Positions 25,613 to 38,513 of a DNA stretch of 64,000 nt are shown one piece after another. The position numbers were made by a program, and so were the translations under genes. The stretch comes from Camelus ferus (taxonomy: Eukaryota), in assembly GCF_009834535.1 (NCBI RefSeq), contig NC_045696.1:47370001-47434000 (forward strand), given 5' to 3'. Every line of letters starts with the position of its first letter. Within the stretch, counting starts at the first letter, position 1. The notes beneath the pieces were generated by a model. That model searched no databases and was not told where the DNA came from. It saw only the letters and a list, made by a program, of their open reading frames with translations.

Positions 25613-26640
25613 TTTTTAATAACAGCTTTTTTGAGATTCAATTCATATAGAATAAAATTCACCCTGTTAAAGTATAGAAGTCCTTGGTTTTTAGCACATT
25701 CACAACCATCAACACTAATTCCAAAACACTTTTATTACCCTAAAAAGAAACCCTGGATCCACTAGAAATGGATTCTCTTCTCTCCCAGCTTCCAACAACC
25801 ACTAGTCTATTTTTTTTTTATCTCTGTGGATTAGCCTATTCTGGGCATTTCATATAAATGGAATTATATAATATATGATCTCTTGTGATTAACTTCTTTT
25901 ACTTAACATAATGTTCTCAAGGCTCATCCATGTTGTGGCATATATCAGTACTCATTTCTTTTTATGGACAAATAATCTCCCACTGTATGGATATACCACA
26001 TTTTGCTTACCTTTTCATCCGTTGATGGACATTTGGTATGTTTCCATTTTTTGTCTATTATGAATAATGCTTTTATGAACATTTGTATACAAATTTTTGT
26101 GTGGACATATGTTTTCAGTTGTCTTGGGTGTATACCTAAGAGTAGAATTGCTGAGACATTCAGTAAACTCTATGTTTAACTTTTGGAGGAGCTGCCAAAC
26201 TATTTTCCAAGTAACTGCACCATTTTACAATCCCAACAACAGTGAGTGGGGGTTCTGATTGCTCCATATTCTCACCAGTACTTATTAGGCTACCTGTCTT
26301 TATTTCACCCATTGTGGTGTGTGTGAAGTCGTATATCTTTGTGGTTTTTATTTGCATTTTCCTAATGATTAATTGTGTTGAGCATGTTTTCATGTTGGCT
26401 ATTTGTTTGTATACTTGGAGAAATGTCCATTTACTTCCTTTGAATATTTTTAATAATGGGTTGTTTCTCTTTGTACTTTTGATTTTTAAGAGTTCTGTGT
26501 ATATTCTGTATATAAGTTCCTTGTCAGAGATATGATTTCCAAATATTTTCTTCCATTCTGTAGTCTTTTCACTTTCTTGATGATGTTCTTTGAAGCACAG
26601 TTAATTTTGATGAAGTCCAATTTATCTATTTTTCTCTTCT
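25613..26640 (-). mobile_element. Old L1 (L1MB-like) 3' portion
   Basis: ttaataacagctttttgagattcaattcatatagaataaaattcaccctg 3' end; ORF track 26160..26393 is the ORF2 C-terminus. Confidence 0.88.
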
Positions 26641-27224
26641 GGGCAAATTTTGCACAATATTCAATGGTATCATAATTCCTCTTGGTTAACTTAATATATC
26701 TCCTTCAATATTTTGTGATTTTTTTTCCCCTTCAAAACACTCTGGCCTTAATGACATAAATAGTATATTGTTTATCAAGCTTCTCATCAATGTTCGTTAG
26801 GTACTGAAGCATCCAAATGTTTCTAATGATAAAACATTGAAGAAAAAAGCCTTCATGAAATATTACAATGTTATATTTCCAGTGAATTGTTTTCAGTAGA
26901 GATATAATTTGGTTTGTATGCTCTAGCATTCTGGGGCTCAAGTGTAGGAAAATGAAATGGGATAGAAATAAGAGAAGCCTCATAGGTAGTCATTTTCCAT
27001 AATGTCCTTCATAAATAACATCCTTATCATCATCTCCCATTCTCCTTCTGAAGGTATAGGAATTGTTTTCATTTTAAGGTATTGAATGTGAGCACTGAGA
27101 TAACCAGTAAAATATTTTAATTCAGTGACTTAGCTTTATGATAGGGATAATAAAAACTTTTGGGGTTACTATTGTTAGGATACAAAAAGGCTTGTAGAAA
27201 TTTTACTTATGTAAAATTTATTGA

Positions 27225-27455
27225 TAATGATAATAGCTAACATTTATTTAGTACTTAATATGTGTCACACACAAAGTACTTTGTGTATATTATCTGACTG
27301 AATTTTCACAACTTTTTGAGGTAAGTAATATAATTCTCTCCATTTTTATATGTGAGGAAACTGAGGTATAGAGAAGTAATTTGCCCATGGTTTCACATTT
27401 TAAAAGTTGTGGAGCTCAGATTTGTCCTCAGACAACTTGATTGCAGAGCCAAGTT
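27225..27455 (-). mobile_element. MIR SINE
   Basis: aatagctaacatttattagtacttaatatgtg...ccatttttatatgtgaggaaactgaggtatagagaagtaatttgccc. Confidence 0.85.
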
Positions 27456-27680
27456 TTAAAGCATAATCATATTGACAACTTTAAACCACCTCCTCTCTTG
27501 ATAATAAAGGATAACAGTAAGAGTTAAGTAATGTCTTCTCTTGCTTTTATATGCTGTATACTTTTCCCAGAAATCGTTTCCTACTCACTGAATAGCTTGT
27601 ATCTGTCTTCCTCCTGAATAAGGTGGGAAAGTCTGTCCTTGCTGCAATGTTACTGACTATTTAATGATCATATATTTCAG

Positions 27681-27777
27681 ATCTCAGTGGGAAATGGAGA
27701 AGCATAATCTGGAAAGTACAATTAAAACATACTTAAACAAACTGAATGCAGAAACTAGCAGAGCTTTAACAGCTGAG
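27681..27777 (+). CDS. DZIP3: DZIP3 coding exon (SQWEMEKHNLESTIKTYLNKLNAETSRALTAE)
   Basis: Acceptor tatttcag|, donor GAG|gtaaaa; lies inside ORF-track entry 27664..27900. Confidence 0.96.
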
Positions 27778-28879
27778 GTAAAAAAAAGAGAGAGAGAGAG
27801 AGATGGGGTTGGGGAGGGAAGTTTTACTTGTGTACTGGTAAAAAGAAAAAGGAAAAATAAAGAATTGAAAAAAGATTGTTTTTTGAATGAACAGAATTAA
27901 GACATCTTAGGAACAGCAGAAAAACACAGCTCAAGCTCTTGTGTGTGTGTGTGTGTGTTTTTTTTTTTTTTTTGATTAATTGACATTTTATATGTCTGCT
28001 TGAAGGTTGATGATCCTACGTTGTTTTCTCTCAAATGCCTGCAAGAAATAGTTTGTATCAGTGTGTATAGCAAATATAGAGATCTTGGGGAAATTCTTGT
28101 TAAACCAGGTCACTAAGCCAAACTTCTAAGATTAACATTTCACTGCTGTCATATCTCCTTTCTTTGCTGTTTCCTACATAGATCTTCCAAAAACACATAC
28201 ACACTATACACTCCAATGTCAAAAACCAGCTTACCTCTAGATCCCCAAAAAGTCATGCCATTTCTTCTAAGCTATCTTAAAAGACCACAGCTAGGATCTC
28301 TCAAAAGAAATGTGATTGTATGTATTTTTATAGATAACAAAACTTGATATACAATAAAATTCAAATTTTTGGAGAGCTTGTTAACATTAAAAGCATTATA
28401 AACCTTCCCATCTCTGTCCTGGGCAGGCTCTATTTTTTAGCAGAGTACTCTGGAATTCAGAGCTTAACAATCAAGGGGTGATATCTGCACCTAAAATTTC
28501 AGGAGAGTAAAGTATTAGAGTACTAAATTTAACTGGAAAAAAACACTCGGATTATTTTAAGAGCTCAAATTTGTAGACTTTGTTTTTCACTGCTTTTAAT
28601 CAGAAAATTCCTTTCTACTTCCATTATTAATTTTAGAAACACTTAATGCTATCCAAGAGTATAATAAACTATTATCAGTGAATACTGAGTGATCATTAGG
28701 GGAAAAAAACAGAGGCTATATGACCATGAATCAATAATAGTGTGGAAGGGATTCCCACTGAGAGAGAGACTTTGGACTAGATCACCTCCCAGGTCTATTT
28801 GGATGGCATAGTTCTGTATGATCTGATTATTTTCTTACCCCTTCATCAGTTGAATACAATCAAATAGCAGGAGTTGTTT

Positions 28880-29050
28880 TGAATGTTCTTAAACTTTGCT
28901 GTGTAATAGAGTCATCTGAGAGTTTTTTAAAACCCCATTTCCTAGGCTGCACTTAGTATCAATTAAATTAGAATCTCTGGAACCAAAACATCATTTTTTA
29001 AAATTTCTGAGATGATTCCAGTGCATGTGCAAGCTTGAAAAATGATGTTC
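28880..29050. mobile_element. MER5A-like hAT-Charlie remnant
   Basis: gttcttaaactttgctgtgtaatagagtcatctg...aattaaattagaatctctgg...gatgattccagtgcatg. Confidence 0.65.
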
Positions 29051-29119
29051 TAAAATGTTTACAATCCCAGTAACTTTTGAATAAAAATATTAGAATTTCA
29101 GGGTTGATCAAATAGCTTT

Positions 29120-30400
29120 TTAAAAATATTTTTTTACTATGTGATACAGTAGGACCTTGTTGTTTATCTATTTTATATATAGTAGTTTATGTCTGCTAAT
29201 CCAAAACTCCTAACTTATCCCTCCCCAATCCCCTTTCCCCTTTGGTAAACATAAGTTTGTTTTTGGTGTCCCTGAGTCTGTTTCTGTTTTGTAAATAAGT
29301 TCATTTGTATTTTAGATTCCACATATGAGTGATATCATATGTGTGTCTTTGTCTAACTTACTTCACTTAGTATGGTATTCTCTAGGTTCATCCATGTTGC
29401 TGCAAATGGCATTATTTCATTCTTTCGTACGGCTGAGTAGTATCCATTGCATATGTAAGCCACATCATCTTTATCTATTCATCTATTGATGGACATTTAG
29501 GTTGTTTTCATGCCTTGGCTTTTGTAAATAGTGCTGCTGTGAACATTGGGGTGCATGTGTCTTTTCAAATTAGAGTTTTCTCCAGGTATTTGCCCAGGAG
29601 TGGGATTGCTGGATCATATGGCAACTCTATTTTTAGTTTTTTAAGGAGCCTCTGTACTGTTTTCCATAGTGGCTGCACCAATTCACATTCCTACCAACAG
29701 TGTAGGAGGCTTCCCTTTTTTCCATACCCTCTCCAACATTTATTATTTGTAGACTTTTTAATGATGACCATTCTGACCAATGTGAGGTGATACCTCATTG
29801 TAGTTTTGATTTGCATTTCTCTGATAATCAGCAATGCTGAGCATCTTTTCATGTGCCTGTTGGCCTTCTGTATGTCTTTGGAGAAGTGTCTATTTAAGTC
29901 TTCTGCCCATTTTTGGATTAGGTTGTTTGTTCTTTTGTTACTGAGTTGTATGAGCCCTTTGTGTATTTTGGAAATTGAGCCTTTGTCAGTTGCATCATTT
30001 GCAAATATTTTCTCCCAGTTCGTAGGTTGTCTTTTTGTTTTGTTTATGGTTCCCTTCACTGTGCAAAAGCTTATAATTTTGATTAGGTCCCATTTGTTTA
30101 TTTTTGCTTTTATTTCTATTGCCTTGGGAGACTGACCTAAGAAAAACATTGCTACAGTTTTTGTCAGAGAATGTTTTGCCTATGTTCTCTTTTAGGAGTT
30201 TATGATGTCATGTCTTATATATAAGTCTTTAAGCCATTTTGAGTTTATTTTTGTGTATTTTGTGAGGAAGTGTTCTAACTTCACTGATCTGCTTGTGGTT
30301 GTCCAGCCTTCTCAACACCACTTGCTGAAGAGACTGTCTTTTCTTCATTGTGTATTCTTGCCTCCTTTGTTGAAGATTAATTGATTGTAGGTGTGTGGGT
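29120..30400 (-). mobile_element. 5'-truncated L1
   Basis: ORF track 29691..30149 is the ORF2 C-terminus; TSD tcaaatagcttt (29108-29119) / tcaaagagcttt (30401-30412) followed by aaaa (TTT/AAAA endonuclease site). Confidence 0.94.
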
Positions 30401-30561
30401 TCAAAGAGCTTTAAAATGTATTATGGGCAGGAAAGAAGCTCAGGTGCTGTTGAAACAGATTGAAAAAATAGCTTTAAATTTATTTGAAATGATTGAGAAA
30501 AAAATGTGTTCATTTACAAGGACACCTTTAACTTCTTTCTCTTTCTCTCAAAAACCTGTAG

Positions 30562-30665
30562 GTGTATTTCTTACAGTGTCGTAGAGATTTTGGTTTGCTT
30601 CATCTAGAACAGACTGAAAAGGAATGCCTCAGTCAGCTTGCCAGGGTGACGAACATGGCAGCAAG
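30562..30665 (+). CDS. DZIP3: DZIP3 coding exon (VYFLQCRRDFGLLHLEQTEKECLSQLARVTNMAA(S))
   Basis: Acceptor cctgtag|, donor AG|gtaacc; 104 nt. Confidence 0.96.
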
Positions 30666-32200
30666 GTAACCTTTCCCTCTTCCTTAATGTGTCTTGACCC
30701 CAGAGGTACTCACAAGTGGCTCCAAGGTTGAATGTAATCTGTAATATGTTTTACATATATGACATCTTTGGAGTAAATAAGCCATTGTTTTTTTAAACCT
30801 CAGAAGTCATTTAGTCACTTTGAGCTTCTATTTTGCTGCTTCTGCTGCAGCACTGAGAAGTCTACTAAGTGCAGTAATGGCTGCTGACAGATTTTTCCTT
30901 TCCTCCACAATGAAATAGATCAGAAGTCTCAAATCTGCATGAAGACCAAATATTTACAAAACAAGGTGGATTCTAATTTGAAAACTTTTTTCTGATTCTT
31001 TTCTCTCCCAGTGCTTGATTTTAAGTACCTTTGGAGCACACTGAGGGAAAAATCAATATTAACACCTAAAATTGTGTTAAAGGCAGTTTCCTGCTGTGTA
31101 ACAGATGAGTGATTTTCAAATATTAGGCAAGTTGCATGAGATTTTTTTTTTTTAATTTAAAGTTTGTGAGGCACATCTTCAAATTTAGAGAATTAATTAA
31201 ATTAGAATCTCTGGTACCAAAGCATCAATATTTTTTGATGATTCTCATCTTAATATGATTACCATTATTCTTCAATTCTAATGAATCAGAATCTCTGATG
31301 TTTAGCAGGACTTCCAAGATATACCAATGTGTATTCAGGTCGGGGAAACACTGTTGTAAGTCTATCTTTGCTTGCGAGAAATGATGCTCTCTAAATTAGA
31401 CTATTATCAAGCCTCTTTGTAAGAGATGATTTCAGGGATAATTTCTTATGCTCTTTTAAAGCAGTTGTGCTGGGTGATACTGGAGTGGGGATGTTATAAC
31501 AGATAGAGCCTTTTGAAAGGCCGTTTGAAATCTCTCTACTAGAGATGTCAGGCACTAAACACTTCAAAGCTGTTTTACATAAGTCATTTGGTAGGCATGG
31601 TTGGCAGAGCTGCTGTGTTTGTGCAGTTTATGCATTGCATAGAGACAACAATCTAATTCATCCTCACAGAAGAGGTACTTCTCTCTGATTTAATTATAGG
31701 GAATATCTTTTTCTAATTTGCAAAAGAGCCTGCTAGGCCAGCCATGGCCCTGTGATATTAGGGTTAGTGTGAAGATGGTCCAAAACCTGCTTCCAAAATG
31801 AGTCAACATCTTTGAGAATTCTCCTGCATTGGATGGCTAGGGCAATTTCCCTGTTTGGCCTTCTCTGCCACCCTTCTTCAATGGAGGCATTCCTGTAGAA
31901 AGGTTTTATAAAATGTCCTAAAAATATTGCCAAGTTAGAAAAGAAACTTAATGTCTGGAAGCAGAAGTTATATTTGCTCTTGAAAAAAAATAAATGTTAT
32001 CTTTGTCTCCTGGTCTTTATTTTTAATAGCAAGCTCTTCCATACAACTTTGTGCCCATTTGAGTTAATCAGTGATGAAAGTAATTTTGTTGTTGTTTTAC
32101 TTTATTTACATATATGCTAAAGAACATAATGGGAATTTTGGAAACCTAAGTGGTATATAAAAAGAAAAAACTTTCTCTTGTGTCTCCATTTCTACCCCAG

Positions 32201-32288
32201 CAACGTAGAATCACTTCAGTTAAAGGCTGCAGTAGACAGTTGGAATGCCATTGTGACAGATGTTAGAAACAAGATTGCATTCCTCAGG
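32201..32288 (+). CDS. DZIP3: DZIP3 coding exon (NVESLQLKAAVDSWNAIVTDVRNKIAFLR)
   Basis: Acceptor ctaccccag|, donor AGG|gtaagt; 88 nt. Confidence 0.96.
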
Positions 32289-32857
32289 GTAAGTCATGAA
32301 ATGTATTTAGAGTAAATAGACTGAATGGTAAAGGTGATATATACTTAAAGAAAACATCTGACATTAAAAACAATTACTAGAGAAATTTACAGAAGAACAT
32401 GCTTTTTCATTGCAGTTATTAAAGTTTATGCCTTTTTGAGGTTTGAGATTACTTCCATATAGTTGGTTGTAGCTAGCATCCTAGACTCTTATAGATGGAC
32501 CTTTAGGTCCTTGGTATAGTAAATGGTAAACTCAAAAATTGTGCCTCACACTTAATTGTCCTAGAATTCCAAAGCTAACTCTCCTCCAGCCAGAAATAAA
32601 TGTCTTAACTTGATCTGAGTCATTATGTGTTTAAAGAATTAAAAGGAAGATCAGTCAGGCCTGTATTAGTTTCCAGTATTAACTTTTTTATGTAATTACT
32701 CCATGATGCAAAATAATGAAGTCTTAATTATTCATGTAATAGAATTAAGACTGTGCTAAAGGTAATCTAAAGAGGTAACCCACTGAATATTAATTTATTC
32801 ATTTGGTTTTAGAATATTTTTGTATTTGTATCTTAAAGTTGATATATAATGTTGATT

Positions 32858-33163
32858 TTTTTTTAATTTATTGAAGTATAGTCAGTTACAATGTGTCAGT
32901 TTCTTGTGTACAGCATAATGTTTCAGTCCTACATATACATGTAGATATTTGTTTTCATATTTTCTCCTTATAGATTACTACAAGATATTGAACATAGTTC
33001 CCTGTGCTGTACAGAAGAAATTTGTTTTTTAATCTATTTTATATATAGTAGTTAATATTATCAACTCTCAAACTCCCAATTTAGCCCTTTCCACCCATTT
33101 TGCCCCGATAACCATAGGTTTGTTTACTGTGTCTGTGAGTGTATTTGTTTTGTAGATAAGTTC
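32858..33163 (-). mobile_element. Short L1 3'-end insertion
   Basis: Poly(T) then attgaagtatagtcagttacaatgtgtc; perfect 14-bp TSD atataatgttgatt (32844-32857, 33164-33177). Confidence 0.9.
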
Positions 33164-33614
33164 ATATAATGTTGATTGTTTTGTGATTCCACAGCACTGC
33201 CAGCAAAACAATGACATTCAGTTATAAAGAGCTGCCTCAAAGCACTACCTACTTGTCTAGCTTTGTCCTTGATGGTCTTGACTGTTTCTCTCCTGGACTT
33301 TCTTACTTAGTCTATAATGATGCTTAGCGTTTTTGTTGGGTTTATTCAAAGTTCTAGCCTCAAAAGAGCTGCCTCTTGTTCTCTATCATTGTTTTCTTCT
33401 AAGCACTTGTCTCTGTGTATGGAAGTTTCTAAATGTTTTGTTTCTTAAGGCTTTTTTTCCAGCTCTCGTGGGTTGTTTACAAAATGGGGACAATGCCGAA
33501 AAATGTTAAAAGTATATTTTTAAGCCTCAGGGATTGGAGTCTTACTTTTAGCAAAATCCAGGAGAAAAAAAAAAAGGTGTATATGGAACTGGAGAAAGCT
33601 AGAGGTATAACTTT

Positions 33615-33752
33615 AAAAAAAATTCTTTTGTGAGGGGAGGTAATTGGTTTGTTTGTTTGTTTATTATTTTTTTAATTGAGGTGCTGGAGATTGAACTGAG
33701 GACCTTGTGCATGCTAAGCATGCACTTGGCCACCGAGCTATACCTTACGCCC
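33615..33752 (-). mobile_element. tRNA-derived SINE (camelid Vic-1-like)
   Basis: Reverse strand reads gtatagctcggtggccaagtgcatgcttagcatgcacaaggtcctcagttcaatctccag; TSD tagaggtataacttt (33600-33614) / tagaagtataacttt (33753-33767). Confidence 0.88.
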
Positions 33753-34231
33753 TAGAAGTATAACTTTTGAGGTTAAAAAAATATGGACATTAAATAAGTA
33801 TTCCCTCCAGTTTTTAAAATGAACATTTGCAAGTAGTTCAACTCTTTGTTACAAATGCTTTTCCCCCCATATTTATCAGCTAGTATATTATTTACAACTT
33901 GTTGATCTTTTGACTCTATTCACTTTATATCAGTGGTTCCCATTTGGGGGCTGAAAATTATGGAAACACTGAGAAATTATCACAAAGATCTGTGAATTCT
34001 GTGTCTCTGTATCTTCTCAATCAACAGAAATCTTAAGATATAACTATTTAAATTTGCAGGTAGTGGTCTAAAGAATTGTTTTTATGTTAAAAATTATTTT
34101 TATATTATTTCTGATATAGATTGGGAATCACTGTTCTATGCTGTATTATTCAAAATTACATCAACTATTTCAATATGCTGTTTCTTTGAAGTTGATTTTG
34201 CTGTGAAATATTGTTTCTCTTCTTTTACTAG

Positions 34232-34333
34232 ACACAGTACAATGAACAAATTAACAAGGTGAAGCAAGGGTTTGCCTTGAGTACTTTGCCTCCAATCCAG
34301 CTTCCTCCACCACCACCCAGTCCTGAGATACTG
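34232..34333 (+). CDS. DZIP3: DZIP3 coding exon (TQYNEQINKVKQGFALSTLPPIQLPPPPPSPEIL)
   Basis: Acceptor ttttactag|, donor CTG|gtaaga; 102 nt. Confidence 0.96.
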
Positions 34334-34343
34334 GTAAGAAATA

Positions 34344-34669
34344 CAGTTGACCTTTGAACAGCACAGAAGTTGGGGGTGCTGACCCCACCATGAAGTTAGG
34401 AAATTCGGATACAGCTCTCTCTGCCTCAAAAACAAAGGAATTGATAAATGACTACCAAAGGCAGGAAGCTGAAGCAGTTTGGCTAGAATCAGAACTCAGA
34501 CCCTAGATCTTTTGATTCCACATATTGTGATTTCTAATCAAATGCAAACTTTTCTCTACATTTAGTTAAAGATCTGTAAAATGAAATTACAGGGATGATA
34601 TTTATTGAAAAAAGTCAGTATCCAAGTGGACCCATGCAGTTCAAACCTATGTTGTTCAAGGGTCAACTT
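34344..34669. mobile_element. Tigger2-family MITE (MER8/MER28-like)
   Basis: Terminal inverted repeats TA|cagttgacctttgaaca ... tgttcaagggtcaact; subterminal gtggacccatgcagttcaaacc. Confidence 0.8.
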
Positions 34670-35579
34670 GAACATTTTGAAAAATTGCCATCTTTGTCTT
34701 GATAAATGGTATGAGCTGTAAAACATTGAATATGCAGTATGTTTAATGTGTATTCAAAGCAGAATGGGCACATGTTGTACATATCATTTATAATTATGAC
34801 CATTCCTGCTATCTCATCTACAGATGATATGACTAGTTGGCTGGCTCAGCTGAGGCCAAGAGATAGGTTGTGTCACTGGATTTTAGTAATGTATTTGATA
34901 TCTAAAGACGTAATGTGTTCTCATTTAACCTGTCAATCTCATTAACATTGTGTGAGAAAACTGGTGAATGCTCAGAATTCCCAATGCCCTCAAGTTACCA
35001 CTAGATGGCTGACACATCTCAGTGTAGTACCCTAGCAGGCTGGACTCCACCCTTCCACTTACATTTTAGACTTTCTGTTCCTTAACTTTTCTTTTCCTTA
35101 GACTTTCTTTTCCTTAACTTTAACAGTAAGGACAACTTCCATTTATGTCCCTTCCCTACTTGTTGTTAGGGATAAATGAGCCTCAATCAGACAAACTAAT
35201 CTTTGTGCTATACTATTTATGTTAACCTTCCAGTAAACTCATGCAGCTTTCCAAAAGACCTTCTAGGACAGAATCACTAGGTGATTATTTTTATTATGAT
35301 AACAGATCTCAGGTAAGAAAAGAATAAAGGTGTGATACATTTAGCAGTAGATCACTTTTGACATCAGCATTTCTGCTTGTAGTAGAACTTTGAAAATGTT
35401 ATTTCTACAAATACTAGTTGAGTGTATCAAGGAACTTTAAAATTATGTGAGTTGTGTGGAGCTATACTGTGTTTCAAAAGCAGAATCCAGAGCTGAAAGC
35501 ATTATATGATATGTACCACGGGCTTTAGTTTAGAATGACAGTATTGCCTTTTTATATATATATATATATATTTTTTTTT

Positions 35580-35817
35580 AACCTCACACTATGGATTGAC
35601 CTTTTTTTAATTGAAATATAGTCAGTTAAAATGTGTCAATTTCTGGTGTACAGCATAGTGTCCCAGTCATGCATATATATACATATATTTGTTTTCATAT
35701 TCTTTCTCATTAAAGGTTATTACAGGGTATTTGTTATAGTTCCCTGTGCTATACAGAAGAAATTTGGTTTTTTTAATCTATTGTTATATATAGTAATTAA
35801 CCTTTGGAAATGTCAAG
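35580..35817 (-). mobile_element. Short L1 3'-end insertion with two A-tails
   Basis: Same L1 3' end as 32858-33163; flanked by tgcctttt(t)atat...ttttt at 35545-35579 and 35818-35833. Confidence 0.85.
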
Positions 35818-36854
35818 TGCCTTTTATATTTTTGGTTAATTTAGTTTCTATAGGAGCATCGTGTTATAGCATTATTGTTCTAGACTTTGAACACCATCAT
35901 ACCCAACTACCCTGATAAGGGATGTGTTATGTAGATGACAGAAATGAAATCCCAGATTTCCTGTAGTTCTACAGGAAGTAACACATATTCTTGGTAGGAT
36001 TCCTAGAAACCCTGTTGCCTTCTCCCTATATTTAAACTACTGCCTATAGGTTGTAGTTAAAGTCACCCATCACTTTAAATATAAAATGGCTTCAGAGACT
36101 TGGAAGCTAGATACAGAGTTGTTCTTTGGAATTTCCTGGAACCAGACCAGCATGTGCTACCTGAAACCAGTGACACTCTCTAGCTGACAAACATAGTCAA
36201 ACCTTGACCTCTACATCCTCATCCCTTCAGAGTCTTGCTTATGTCTGATGTTGCCACCCAGGGCAGAAACCCACTGGCAGTTAGGCTCAATGGAATTCAT
36301 AAACATCCATCTGCTAACATCTGAGGGGTACATGTGTATCTTTTGTGCTTCCTAACCAGAGTCACTGCTGTGCTCGATCAAAGCTGACAGTCGTGTTAAA
36401 GTGACCGTTGAGCAGTGGAACACTTTGAAAGCACAGAAATATGACTGTGTTTTTTGCTATAAACTGAGGTGGTATTATACATTGGAAATACACCAGAGAT
36501 CTGGGTTCAGTTTCTAACTCTGTGAAGAACTGTGTTGGTTTTAGGAAAATCAGCTATCCTGGACTTTTTTTTTTTTCGTCTGCAAATCAGGAAATTGTAC
36601 TAGATGACTTGATCACTAAAATCTGTCTCTCTGATTCTGGTAGTGTAAGGAATGGCCACCAGTCTTTAAATAAATATAATAGTCTAACCTGAGAAGTCTG
36701 GGATAATGGATTCTGTTTCCAATGTAACCCAGTATTTTTATGTGTTTCATTATATTTTCATTTTTGTACCCTGATCTATCTAATCCCCAAAGTAGTGTTA
36801 GGTATTCATTGTTCTCAAAAAGGACTACTGACTTAGTACCCCCCATTCATTCAT

Positions 36855-37640
36855 TATTTTAAAACTTTATACTATGAAAAATTTGAAACATACATAAAAA
36901 TAGAATAGATAATGAACCTCTGTGAACCCAAGAGCCAGCTTCAACATCATTATCAACATTTTGTCAGTCTTGTTTCGTGTCATCCCCTTCTTCCTCTCTA
37001 CTGGCATATTTTAAAGTAAACCCTATATATTATAGTCTCATCTATTTGTACTTCAATATGTATTCCTAACAGATGAGGACTCTTAATGGCTATAACACAC
37101 ACCATTTTCCTCTGTAAGAAAATTATAAATAATTTTTAGTATCTCATATTAAAATTTATATTTCCCCAATTGTTTCCAAAATGTCTTTTTCTTAACTGGC
37201 TTGATAATATTTCCAATTTGGTTATGATTATCATTACCTTTAAAACCCTTATTTTTTTAAAAAAAAACCCAAACAAGGTTTATACTTTGCATTTGGCTGA
37301 TTATTTTCCTTTAAATTTGTAACAGCTACCCAACTCCTCCCTTTTATTCATGTTATCTATTTGTTAAAAAAACTAATTTCCCACATTATTGATTCAACTG
37401 ATTACATCCTTGTGATGTCATTATACATATTCTGTTACTTTCTATAAACTAATCATTAGATCTAGAGGGTTGGTTAGAATTAGGTTCAGTATTTTTGGCA
37501 AGAGTACTTTATAGGTGATGATGTAGATACACACTAGAAGACACACAATGTCTCCTTTAGTGATGTTAAGAATTGAATATCATACTGATCTCTCCATTAT
37601 AAAGTTCCCCCCATTAAGTTTCACACAGCTGGTTTCAGGA
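36855..37640 (-). mobile_element. Old L1 (L1MC4/5-like) 3' UTR
   Basis: ctatgaaaaatttgaaacatacataaaaatagaatagataatgaacc...ccagcttcaacatcattatcaac motif and downstream agatctagagggttggttagaattaggttc. Confidence 0.7.
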
Positions 37641-38387
37641 TCATTACTTAAGAGCTACATTGATGTTCATTTTTTTAATTTAAAGAATAGTTGAACTTCT
37701 GCTTTATGGCAGTGCTAGACCTTTCCCCTAGTAGATGCTCAATAAACCTGTCCTTTTTTTAAGTCCAGTATCCTGTAGATACCAATATGGTTTCCATCCC
37801 ATTGGTAGATGCTAAGAAGGGCTAGCTTTCTACAACCCCCTAGGAAGTGCAGTAACACCCACAGGCATGTCTACAAGTCACTGTAGGAGAGTTTATTCCC
37901 CAGGCCCACCCCACTTCAGCTTTCTACTGTCCTTGGAGCTAAACATGAGGTTTATAGACAGCTTTGATTCTGTAGTGGAATTTGAATGTGAGTATTATTT
38001 ATCAGCATGGACAGCACTCATTGAGGAGCTCCTTTGCATAGTCCTGTATTATTCCAGTTGGCAGAGAACCTTAAAGGTCACCTACTCGACCTTCTTATTT
38101 TATAGATTAATAACTTGGCATCCAAGGTTACCCAGCTAGGTGGAGAGAAGGTAGGACCAGAACCGACTTCTCTTCTCTCTCTCAGTGCTGTTTAGTATAT
38201 TTTACTGCCTTTTGCTTTTTCAATTATTTGTGTATTTAACTAATGTTAAGACAACATTGTTTCTAATGTGCTTTGTTTCTAGATTTCAAATCAGTTTTCC
38301 CCCAAACATTGCTCTATGAATCTTTAGATCATTGCCTATATAAATATGTGGGGGTTTTGTTTTTATTTCTTATCTTTTCTATTTTAG

Positions 38388-38513
38388 ATGCAGCAGTTCC
38401 TGGGAAGACCCCTTGTGAAAGAATCTTTCTTTAGACCCCTGCTCACTGTTCCTCAAATGCCTGCCATTTGTTCTGGAGTCGTCTCTGCACCTGGTCAATC
38501 TAGACCCCCCCTG
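38388..38513 (+). CDS. DZIP3: DZIP3 coding exon (MQQFLGRPLVKESFFRPLLTVPQMPAICSGVVSAPGQSRPPL)
   Basis: Acceptor tattttag|, donor CTG|gtacag; 126 nt. Confidence 0.95.

Noticed and set aside
28960..31230. Shared string aattaaattagaatctctgg at ~28961 and ~31195
   Set aside because: Both derive from separate MER5A-like copies, not from a local duplication.
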